Part shown: positions 1 through 7,187 of the stretch, piece by piece | How positions within the stretch are numbered: position 1 is the first letter of the stretch | Layout of the letters: every line of letters starts with the position of its first letter | Virus record (IMG/VR): IMGVR_UViG_3300048058_000016 | Coordinates: 1-24,853 of that record | Reading direction: 5' to 3' (one strand) | DNA from: a virus | Taxonomy: Duplodnaviria; Caudoviricetes | DNA: 24,853 nt | Notes under the pieces: generated by a model | What the model saw: only the letters and a program-made list of their open reading frames with translations | What the model was told of the DNA's origin: nothing | Database searches by the model: none | Made by a program: the position numbers and the translations under genes

Positions 1-127
1 CCTCCGACGCTTCGGACCAGGGCAGGTGCATCAGGTCGTCCGTGCTCAGCGAGGGCGAGCCGTTCGCGAGCTGTGCGGCCAGTGTCGTCTTGCCCGTGTT
101 GGGCCCGCCGCCGATCACGATTCTCAT
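1..127 (-). CDS. P-loop NTPase / nucleotide-kinase-like protein (5' part; runs off the window)
   Basis: Not in ORF track. ATG 127-125 overlaps portal TGA (ATGA); reads MRIVIGGGPNTGKTTLAAQLANGSPSLSTDDLMHLPWSEASE, an N-terminal strand plus Walker A GxxxxGKT as in NMP/shikimate-kinase-like folds. Confidence 0.8.
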   Translation of the reverse strand, partial: MRIVIGGGPNTGKTTLAAQLANGSPSLSTDDLMHLPWSEASE

Positions 128-1401
128 TCGGGCGGCGCGCTTTCTGTCGCCCCAAGGATCTCCGCACCTTCGGCCGGCTCCTGCAATCCGAACTTGTCGC
201 GCACCGCAGCGGCCTCGACCTTCAGCCCTTCCTGCACCCACGGTAACAGCGCTTCAGTGAACGCGACAAGATCCTCCACCTCTTCGATCGCTAGCGTCGC
301 GGTCGGATACATCTCATCGGGCGGCGGACCGAAGTTCAGATCGATCAGCGGCCGCACCAGATCGCGGTTGATCGTTGCGCTGAGTTGCGACGCATCGCTC
401 TGCATGATGTCGTTGCGCACCTCGCCGTGGACCTTCGCCTGCGACAGCGACGCACCGTCGTCCGTCGTCATGGTCTGACCCAGCACAGCCTTGCTCGTCT
501 GCTTGTCGAGCCAGTTCGTCAGGACTTCGAAGAGACCCTTGCCGTCTCCGACCTGCTCAGCTTTGATGATCTCCATCTCCATCGACTTCGGAATCACAGC
601 GGCCGCGTCGGTGCCGATGTTCGCCACTGCGGTCTTCAACGTGTCGATGTCCTTGGCGTTGTGCGGCTCCGAATCGTACTTACCGAGCCGCAGCGGAATG
701 CCAAAGATCTCTGCGAAGATCATCCAGTCCTTGAGCGCGAATGACTTGTATAGATGTAGCGAGGCAACGATGCGGGCGAGGCCGCCGCGAATGCTCAGGC
801 CGGATTTGAGCTTGGGCCGGTGCGTCATGAACTTGCACGGCTCGAGCGGGATACCATCGGCGGATGACTCATTGGTGAGCAGCATCAGCTCGTCGCCGCG
901 CTGTCGATCGAATCGGAAGAATCTAGGATCGCGCCACTCGTAACGCCGCGGCTTCCATTCGGTCGCGTCACGCTGCCAGATGATCTCGACGACGCTGTAG
1001 CCTTTGCCCAACGCATCGAGCAGGTCAAGCAATGAGTCGATCAAGCGCGGATCGTCCAACACGTCTTGCGTGAACTCCTGCTGCTCCACACTGCGAGCAT
1101 CGTCCGGATCCGCAGCGGACACGACAAGCGGCAGCGCCTGGACTGAGACCTTCCGTGTGCCCAACACGCTGCGGTAGTGCGGGTCACGCTCCTCCATCTC
1201 TTCGGCGAGGGTCAGGTAGTCGCGCGGGTCCGAACCGTCATCGACCTGCTGCAGGATCGTTCCGAGCTTCTCCGGTGTGAGACCGCGAGCGATCGACATC
1301 TGACTGAACACGTTGCGCACACCAGCGAGCGATGCGGTTGCGATCTCTTCGGTGAGGATCTGGGTCCGGACAGGTCGGCCCTGTGCGTCAAGTATCGGCA
1401 T
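124..1401 (-). CDS. Phage portal protein, Mu gp29 / DUF935 family
   Basis: 425 aa; LAEEMEERDPHYRSVLGTRK, LLDALGKGYSVVEIIW, FAEIFGIPLRLGKY, SKAVLGQTMTTD...AKVHGEVR motifs; follows terminase. Confidence 0.95.
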   Translation of the reverse strand: MPILDAQGRPVRTQILTEEIATASLAGVRNVFSQMSIARGLTPEKLGTILQQVDDGSDPRDYLTLAEEMEERDPHYRSVLGTRKVSVQALPLVVSAADPDDARSVEQQEFTQDVLDDPRLIDSLLDLLDALGKGYSVVEIIWQRDATEWKPRRYEWRDPRFFRFDRQRGDELMLLTNESSADGIPLEPCKFMTHRPKLKSGLSIRGGLARIVASLHLYKSFALKDWMIFAEIFGIPLRLGKYDSEPHNAKDIDTLKTAVANIGTDAAAVIPKSMEMEIIKAEQVGDGKGLFEVLTNWLDKQTSKAVLGQTMTTDDGASLSQAKVHGEVRNDIMQSDASQLSATINRDLVRPLIDLNFGPPPDEMYPTATLAIEEVEDLVAFTEALLPWVQEGLKVEAAAVRDKFGLQEPAEGAEILGATESAPPE

Positions 1402-1681
1402 GATTCATCGCCCTTCGCAGCGGGTTCCCACACAGTAGCACGCTCTGCTCATCGGCCCCTCGGAACATGAGTCGCACCGGCGTAGCGCCGAGATCCTTTG
1501 CGGTCTGCACGAGGCGACCCAGATCTTGATCGAACAACTGGCCCCATCGCTTCGCATTGTGGAACGGCGGCGGTGCCTTGCGCTGCTCGTCGCGGGTCGG
1601 CTCGCCGACACACAGCGCTTGGTCACCGTCTAGCGATGATGTTACGGCGCGGCTGGCTTCCATGCGGCCGAAGATGATCAC
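1388..1681 (-). CDS. Hypothetical protein (weak DUF4031-like resemblance)
   Basis: GTG 1681 overlaps TerL TGA (GTGA); fills the terL-portal gap; segment WGQLFDQDLGRLVQTAKDLG...CGNPLRRA. Confidence 0.6.
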   Translation of the reverse strand: MIIFGRMEASRAVTSSLDGDQALCVGEPTRDEQRKAPPPFHNAKRWGQLFDQDLGRLVQTAKDLGATPVRLMFRGADEQSVLLCGNPLRRAMNHADT

Positions 1682-3138
1682 AGCGCCCCACCTTCCCCAG
1701 CCCACATCCCCCGCGGCCGAACCGGAGTGTACGCAATATCGGACACCTCGGCTCGACTCGCATCGTAGGCCAATGCGATCGCGACACCGGCGTCACCGTG
1801 ACGCGGCTTGCGGTCCAACTTCGACACCACCCGATTCTTCGGCAGCTTCGGCACGCCATGGATCAGTTGGAACTGGCGCAGGTCACTGAGGATGTCTGCA
1901 TCGCGAGGGATCAAGATCTTCCGGTCTTCGAACGCGGCACGCAGCGGTGGCAGCATCTCGCCGTAACGTCGCTCCGTCAGGTGCACAGCTTCGATCTTGT
2001 CTTCGCCGTACTTCAGCACAGCCGCCTCGGCGAGCGCTTGCCCGTTGCCACCCGCATCGAACTTCGCGGCCATGAGCTTGGGCAATCCATCCAGCAGATA
2101 CATGACGACCTGCTCCTGCTGCTGGAACGGAACGTTCCGCAACTCGATGATGAAGGGGCAGCGCCGCGACAACTTCTGCTCCACCGCGAGCGGGCACAGC
2201 ACGGTGATGTCGCTGTTGCGGCCAAAGTCCTCGCCCAACGCATGCAGCTGATTCCGATCGAGCTGGCGCAGCGGCAACGACAGGTGTGTCCGCAGCCACG
2301 CGGTGACGTGGGCCTTGCGGTCGGACTCGCTTTGTTTCGTGAACGAATCGGGCAGGTCGAGCCGGAACACCGGCGCGTCATACATGCAGCCTTCGATGAT
2401 GGGCCGCGACAAGTACGTTCCGCCGGACCCAGTCGGAATGCAGAACAGTTCCTCGTCAGCAAACATCCCGTGGTCGTCGATGATCTCCTGGCGCCACTCG
2501 GTCCTGCCTTCGTCGGTTGCCTCGAGCCCCTGCATCAGACAGATCCGATCGTACAGCCCCTCGGCGATCGCGTCGTCGAACGTGATGCGGTGGTAGCTGT
2601 ACGACTTCTTGCCGCTGCGGATCTCGTCGAGCAAAGATTCGAAGTCTGAGTCGAGCCCATTGTCGGTGCTGATCACTATGACGCGCTTACCCCAGACCCG
2701 AACTGACATCGCAGCCTTCAAGATGGCGAGCGGATTCGGATGGTGCGCATACTCATCGCACACGACGTGACCATCCTTGCCGCGGACCGTCGCGGGCCGA
2801 GACGACAGCGCGTGGATCTTATGGCCCGAGTTGAACCGCGCCACGTGCACCAGCACCTGTTTGTCGACGTCGTCCATCATCTCATCGCCGATCGACGCGA
2901 CGGAACCGAGCTTGTCGATCCACCACCGCACGTCCAGCATGAACTCTTTCGCCTGCGTGTCGTCCTGCGCCGTGTACCACCAATCCGACCCGTTCTGGCT
3001 CGCTGCATCGATGACGGCATCGGCCGCTGTGGCCCAAGTGATCCCGATACGCCTACCCTTCTCGCACACCTTGACCGGCGAGTGGTCAGCGACCCATCGC
3101 TGCTGGTACGGCAGGAGCAGTTCGTCAGTCGCCGGCAT
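1678..3138 (-). CDS. terL: Terminase large subunit, Mu gp28-like
   Basis: 486 aa; LLPYQQRW, Walker A KGRRIGITW, Walker B HVVCDEYAHH, coupling motif VIVIST, RNase H-fold acidic motifs GEDFGRNSD and HGDAGVA. Confidence 0.95.
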   Translation of the reverse strand: MPATDELLLPYQQRWVADHSPVKVCEKGRRIGITWATAADAVIDAASQNGSDWWYTAQDDTQAKEFMLDVRWWIDKLGSVASIGDEMMDDVDKQVLVHVARFNSGHKIHALSSRPATVRGKDGHVVCDEYAHHPNPLAILKAAMSVRVWGKRVIVISTDNGLDSDFESLLDEIRSGKKSYSYHRITFDDAIAEGLYDRICLMQGLEATDEGRTEWRQEIIDDHGMFADEELFCIPTGSGGTYLSRPIIEGCMYDAPVFRLDLPDSFTKQSESDRKAHVTAWLRTHLSLPLRQLDRNQLHALGEDFGRNSDITVLCPLAVEQKLSRRCPFIIELRNVPFQQQEQVVMYLLDGLPKLMAAKFDAGGNGQALAEAAVLKYGEDKIEAVHLTERRYGEMLPPLRAAFEDRKILIPRDADILSDLRQFQLIHGVPKLPKNRVVSKLDRKPRHGDAGVAIALAYDASRAEVSDIAYTPVRPRGMWAGEGGAL

Positions 3139-3430
3139 CGGACGAACGCAGGGGCTGTTTGATCATGTGGGTCAGCTGGTCCCTGAGCATCGTCACGGCC
3201 TCTTCGGTTTCGATTCTCATCAGGACGCCCATGGCAGCCCCCGCCTCTTCGATGGAGAGGCCAACGGGGGCTGCCAGTACAACTGGCTGTCGCTCTTCCA
3301 ACTGCATCAGCTCTTTCATCATGGACTGCACCTCACCCACGCTCACCTTGGGGATGCTCAGGTTCTGCATGTATTGCAGCACATCGCCCACGGTCGACTC
3401 CGAGATCAGCAGCATCTTGGGTTGGCTCAT
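3125..3430 (-). CDS. Hypothetical helical protein
   Basis: ATG 3430 (MSQPKML...) coupled by ATGA to the upstream stop; overlaps the terL start. Confidence 0.7.
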   Translation of the reverse strand: MSQPKMLLISESTVGDVLQYMQNLSIPKVSVGEVQSMMKELMQLEERQPVVLAAPVGLSIEEAGAAMGVLMRIETEEAVTMLRDQLTHMIKQPLRSSDAGD

Positions 3431-4083
3431 ACCGATGTCTCCCATACCAGCACCGCAGCGCCTTCCTTATCGACCTCGGTGACGGGCCTGCACCGGCCCG
3501 TGCTCGCCTGCACCTTCCAGTTGACCTTGACCATGTGAGCGCCTGCGGCGAGACCGGTCACTCGAGCGACGAGACTATGTGACCCACCCGTGCCGCTTCC
3601 GCCGTGAGTCACTTCGCCGGCAGCCGCCTGCGCTCCGTCGACTTCGATCTCGGTGGCGATCACCCCGTTGTTCTGGCTCTGCGTGAAGTTGGCTGCGAAC
3701 TGGATCATCAGCGCGGTGCCGGCCGATGTCGTGATCGGCAGCGACATCAGTTCGGTGAACACGAGACTGGTCGTGGTCTTATCCGTCGTGACCTTGGCCG
3801 ACTTCGTTTGCAGTACACCAGCCGTGCCAGCGACGGGCCCAGGCATCGGCACGCCGTCGTGCGCTGTGATCACAGCGTTGAGGCTGGTCGCATCAGCGCC
3901 AGACAGCGCACCGGCCATAACGACGGAACACAGCGATGCAGCCATGTCGATCCGGGACAGCGCAGTGCTAAGGCTCGCCGCTTCGATCTCGTCCTTCAAC
4001 TTGGACAGGTTGGGCTCGGTCACGCTGATGTCGAGGCCGGCGAACGCGGCAGGTACTGCGTAGGGGTAAGTCGTTTCAGGCAT
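3427..4083 (-). CDS. Putative virion fibre/decoration protein with C-terminal beta-sandwich (C1q/TNF-like) domain
   Basis: 218 aa, Ala/Thr/Gly-rich; alternating beta pattern ending GLAAGAHMVKVNWKV; fold is an inference. Confidence 0.55.
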   Translation of the reverse strand: MPETTYPYAVPAAFAGLDISVTEPNLSKLKDEIEAASLSTALSRIDMAASLCSVVMAGALSGADATSLNAVITAHDGVPMPGPVAGTAGVLQTKSAKVTTDKTTTSLVFTELMSLPITTSAGTALMIQFAANFTQSQNNGVIATEIEVDGAQAAAGEVTHGGSGTGGSHSLVARVTGLAAGAHMVKVNWKVQASTGRCRPVTEVDKEGAAVLVWETSV

Positions 4084-4086
4084 GGC

Positions 4087-4596
4087 TCATCCAACCTTTT
4101 GCAGCACGATGCCGCGGCCGCGTGACGTTGCGGTGCCGCCCGTTGTACGCCAGCGCAGCTGCACCACATCGTTCGCTGAGGCCACCGTGATCACATCGTG
4201 GAGCGCCAGTACGCTACTCGTTTCCGTGAATGCTCCGTGCGAGTGCTGCCTGTGCTTCCGCTCCGTATCGACGACTTGCGAGCCATTGTTGTACAGGCTG
4301 ACCGTGATCTCATCCGACGAATCGACCGAGACCTCTGCATCGGCCAGCACGACGTATAGACCTGGTTCGAGCACGGTGATCGATGCGCCGGGCAGCGCCA
4401 CATCGGTCGTGCTCGTCGTCATAACCGTGGTCGTCTGCTTCGCTGCGGTTGGCGAAGCCAGTGCTCCGTCGAGGCGTCGAACCGCACCACTGCTCTCACG
4501 AACGAAGAGCCCGTCTGCCTTGGCGTAGAGCCGTACCTGATCGGCGGGCGGCGCCGACGGATCGACTGTGTGATTGGCGAAGGTGTGCGTACTCAT
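4087..4596 (-). CDS. Putative virion fibre/decoration protein with beta-sandwich (C1q/TNF-like) domain
   Basis: 169 aa; N-terminal PSAPPADQVRLYAKADG, then ITVLEPGLYVVLA...LYNNG...ANDVVQLRWR, resembling C1q/BclA-C-type strands. Confidence 0.55.
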   Translation of the reverse strand: MSTHTFANHTVDPSAPPADQVRLYAKADGLFVRESSGAVRRLDGALASPTAAKQTTTVMTTSTTDVALPGASITVLEPGLYVVLADAEVSVDSSDEITVSLYNNGSQVVDTERKHRQHSHGAFTETSSVLALHDVITVASANDVVQLRWRTTGGTATSRGRGIVLQKVG

Positions 4597-4603
4597 AGTC
4601 GGC

Positions 4604-4843
4604 TCATATGGTGAGGATGTCCCCGGTCAGCTCGATTGAGATGTCGACGCCGAGCAGCGTCGTGTTGTCGTGCATGATCTTGACGTGGTCGGCCGGCACG
4701 ATGAAGCCGATCGAGATCGTCTTCTCGAACATGTCGCCACGGGGCCCACGCGCACCAGACTTGGCGAGCAGGACCGGCTTGGTCTGTCGCAGGATCTTGG
4801 TGGTCGCAGTGTTGCGCCGCAGCAGGATGCGTTGGTGGCTCAT
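4604..4843 (-). CDS. Small protein with collagen-like stub (GARGPRGD)
   Basis: ATG 4843 (MSHQRILL...) coupled by ATGA to the upstream stop; 79 aa. Confidence 0.65.
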   Translation of the reverse strand: MSHQRILLRRNTATTKILRQTKPVLLAKSGARGPRGDMFEKTISIGFIVPADHVKIMHDNTTLLGVDISIELTGDILTI

Positions 4844-5226
4844 GCTGCGAACCTCGACTCGATGACGATCGTCCCCTTTTGGATCGTCCGCTTGTCGCTC
4901 AGCGCCGCATTGGTGACGAAGATGTTGTAGCGGTGCGAGCCGACCTTGGTCGCGGTGACACCATCGTCCCAGTCGATCACGTAGCTTCCATCCGTGCCAA
5001 AGCCGGTCACGTTGGCAGTGAACGGGTCGCCTTCGATCTCGATCGCTCCGACCCACCCCCCGTCTGCAGTGAAGTCGGCTGGGTTGACCGGGTTGTCGTT
5101 CGCATCGAACGCTTCGGCGATGGTGAAGCTGGCTTTGATGCTGTCGCCGGCGAGCAGCGGGGCGTCTGGATCCGCTCCGATGTGGACGGGGTCGCCGGTC
5201 TCGAGGGATGCGATGTCGATCGTCAT
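4840..5226 (-). CDS. Ig-like virion protein (BppU N-terminal-like)
   Basis: 128 aa, acidic, beta-rich; pattern AGDS...DANDNPVN...HRYNIFVT...TIQKGTIVIE typical of BppU-like domains. Confidence 0.55.
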   Translation of the reverse strand: MTIDIASLETGDPVHIGADPDAPLLAGDSIKASFTIAEAFDANDNPVNPADFTADGGWVGAIEIEGDPFTANVTGFGTDGSYVIDWDDGVTATKVGSHRYNIFVTNAALSDKRTIQKGTIVIESRFAA

Positions 5227-5420
5227 GCGGATGGGACCCCTACCAAAGCGTACCGCTCCAGCACTTTGATCTGTTCGTCAATGCGCTGCTTTGCATCTGT
5301 CTCGCCGAACTCCACTCCCTGTGCAATCGTGACGCTATTGGTCACGTCGACCACGCGCCAAAAATAGAACCCACCTGGGGCTGCGGCTGTGCTCGAATCA
5401 AGCACGACTTCGCTGGTCAC
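5223..5420 (-). CDS. Hypothetical protein (65 aa)
   Basis: GTG 5420 overlaps the upstream TGA; own TGA overlaps the next ATG. Confidence 0.65.
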   Translation of the reverse strand: MTSEVVLDSSTAAAPGGFYFWRVVDVTNSVTIAQGVEFGETDAKQRIDEQIKVLERYALVGVPSA

Positions 5421-5791
5421 GCCGCCTGCCTCCGCCGCCACCGAGAGAAACTCTCGTCGGGCGCTTCCTCTGGAATGGTCCGCTCGGCCATGCGCTGCGC
5501 AGCATCGAGCACGCGGCCCTTCAACTTCGCGGCCCGCTTCGACTTGAGCCAACTGATCGCGTTGCGCCATCGTCGAATGCGACCGCGCAGCCACTTCGGT
5601 CGCCACTTCGAATGGCGGCGCGCCAACACGCGCTTCAGCCTGGCCTGGAACACGCGCACGCGCTGCCGCATGTAACTGATCAGCCAGCGCAGCCCTTCGT
5701 CTGCAATGGTGCGCAGCAGCCAGCGACCGATACGGAGCAGCACGCGTCGGAGGCCGGGCCAGATGGCTTGGAGTATTGCGGTGGTCGTCAT
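5417..5791 (-). CDS. Highly cationic Arg/Trp-rich amphipathic protein
   Basis: ATG 5791 with upstream GAAGGGGAAG; 124 aa, about 27 Arg, 7 Lys, 8 Trp. Confidence 0.7.
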   Translation of the reverse strand: MTTTAILQAIWPGLRRVLLRIGRWLLRTIADEGLRWLISYMRQRVRVFQARLKRVLARRHSKWRPKWLRGRIRRWRNAISWLKSKRAAKLKGRVLDAAQRMAERTIPEEAPDESFSRWRRRQAA

Positions 5792-5804
5792 GGCTTCCCC
5801 TTCG

Positions 5805-6005
5805 TCATGGATACTGCATCGGTAGTGGTGCAGACGACAGGTCGCGCCCGTCGTGCTGTGTGGTCGGGCCCATGTCCCACTTGACAATGTAGCGGAACGA
5901 ACCGGCCGCCTGATCGTATGTGACGACCTGCACACGTCCAGAGGTGGGCTCACCGCGCCTGCTCACTCGGTCGCCGACGTGATAGAACGGTGCGCGGCTC
6001 GTCAT
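5805..6005 (-). CDS. Small SH3/KOW-like beta-barrel protein
   Basis: 66 aa; YHVGDRV...GRVQVV...YIVKWD pattern; ATGA-coupled to terS. Confidence 0.6.
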   Translation of the reverse strand: MTSRAPFYHVGDRVSRRGEPTSGRVQVVTYDQAAGSFRYIVKWDMGPTTQHDGRDLSSAPLPMQYP

Positions 6006-6490
6006 CCCGTCTTCCCTTCGCTCTCACGCGCCGCAACGGTCAGCACCCGCGGCTCGCCCAGAACCTTCGTCCGGATCGACGCAGCCGCTTCGTCTGTCAG
6101 GCCCCGCTGCACCGGCGGCGCGGTGTGCCGCGCATCGACCTGCACGCGGTGAATGTATCCGCCGTAGCTCTTCATCAGTTTGTCCGCTGCCTTGATCCGT
6201 TGGTCGATGTCCTGGTCGGCGTCCTCCATGACGGACCACAGAAAGGCGCGAACTTCCTCGGCTCGCTGCGCCTGCGCTGCTGCCCGCTTGTCACCCTGCG
6301 GATCATGCAGCAGCATCGCGCGCTGCACCAGGCTCGTCGACATGACTGCGGCGATCTGATCCTCGGTGAGCCCTGCAGCAGCAGCTGCGTCGCGGTGGTC
6401 CCACGACTCGCAGATCGCTTCGGTGAACGCGATGACCTGCTCGGTGGTAGCCGCAGCGGGAGTCGTCGCAACATCTGATCCATCCGCCAT
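6002..6490 (-). CDS. Putative terminase small subunit
   Basis: Start likely ATG 6490 (MADGSDV); HTH-like DAAAAAGLT, then AEEVRAFLWSVMED...DQRIKAADKLMKSYG (TerS oligomerisation-type helices) and GLTDEAAASIRTKVLG (Mu gp27-like tail). Confidence 0.65.
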   Translation of the reverse strand: MADGSDVATTPAAATTEQVIAFTEAICESWDHRDAAAAAGLTEDQIAAVMSTSLVQRAMLLHDPQGDKRAAAQAQRAEEVRAFLWSVMEDADQDIDQRIKAADKLMKSYGGYIHRVQVDARHTAPPVQRGLTDEAAASIRTKVLGEPRVLTVAARESEGKTG

Positions 6491-6634
6491 GGTCAAGTAA
6501 AAACGACCGACCCCGCTTCGGCGTTCCGAGCGGCGAGACACGGAGCCGGCCGTAGCTCCCCCGGACCAATGGGAAAAGATGGCGACGCGCGTCGCGTCCA
6601 ACCACGAACCGATCGTTTGGGCACCATTGCCCGT

Positions 6635-7063
6635 TCAGGTCTGCGCGTCACCTCCTCCATTGTGAGCACCATTCGTGGTCGCTTGCAAACCGTCGCCGTC
6701 CCCAGCACCAAAGCCGAACCGTTGCAACTCCTGCACGGCCTGCTCGGCCCCATACGCCACGATGACGAGCCAGCCGCAGCGCTCCAACTCGGCGACAAAC
6801 CGGCCCTGGGCCGGCGACAGGGTGCCGCCTCGCCGCCGTTTCATCTCAATCGCGATGCCGCGGGGTGCGACGGCCATGGGGGGCTCGCTGAAGACGAGGT
6901 AGTCGGGGCAGCCCGCTCGAGCACCGAGCCGCCGCAGGATGGCCGCGGTCCGCTTCTGACGCAGTCCGCCCAGAGGTACGTGGGTGTAGGTGAGCCCGTG
7001 CCGGTCCATCCAGTCGACCAGCGCGGCGCATTCCGCGTATTCGGAGGGGGTGACATTGCTCAT
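6635..7063 (-). CDS. VRR-NUC domain nuclease (PD-(D/E)xK; putative Holliday junction resolvase)
   Basis: SE...HVPLGG...LGARAGCPDY...IAIEMKRRRGGTLSPAQ...L...GW signature. Confidence 0.9.
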   Translation of the reverse strand: MSNVTPSEYAECAALVDWMDRHGLTYTHVPLGGLRQKRTAAILRRLGARAGCPDYLVFSEPPMAVAPRGIAIEMKRRRGGTLSPAQGRFVAELERCGWLVIVAYGAEQAVQELQRFGFGAGDGDGLQATTNGAHNGGGDAQT

Positions 7064-7084
7064 GACGAAACTACCAAAACGGGT

Positions 7085-7186
7085 GGATGTGAGTGACGTG
7101 GGGGATGTGCTGCGGTCCCGTGCGCTGGAGATTTTTATCGCATGTCTGGTGAGGGCTGAAATACATCCCCTATGTCCCCCACATCC
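7085..7186. repeat. 24-bp imperfect inverted repeat; candidate replication origin
   Basis: 7085-7108 GGATGTGAGTGACGTGGGGGATGT vs reverse complement of 7163-7186 GGATGTGGGGGACATAGGGGATGT (20/24 match), 54-bp spacer, abutting the ATPase stop. Confidence 0.7.
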
Positions 7187-7187
7187 G

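Noticed and set aside
4081-4089. In-frame TGA-GCC-ATG junction suggesting read-through fusion of the two beta-sandwich genes
   Set aside because: One-in-three chance of being in frame; no recoding signal seen; most genes here end in TGA
6491-6601. Longer ORF-track starts for several genes (6601, 5953, 5056, 12574, 17310, 18121, 24393)
   Set aside because: Extensions overlap neighbours or structured gaps; downstream starts with ATGA/GTGA coupling, SD sites or family-typical N-termini fit better
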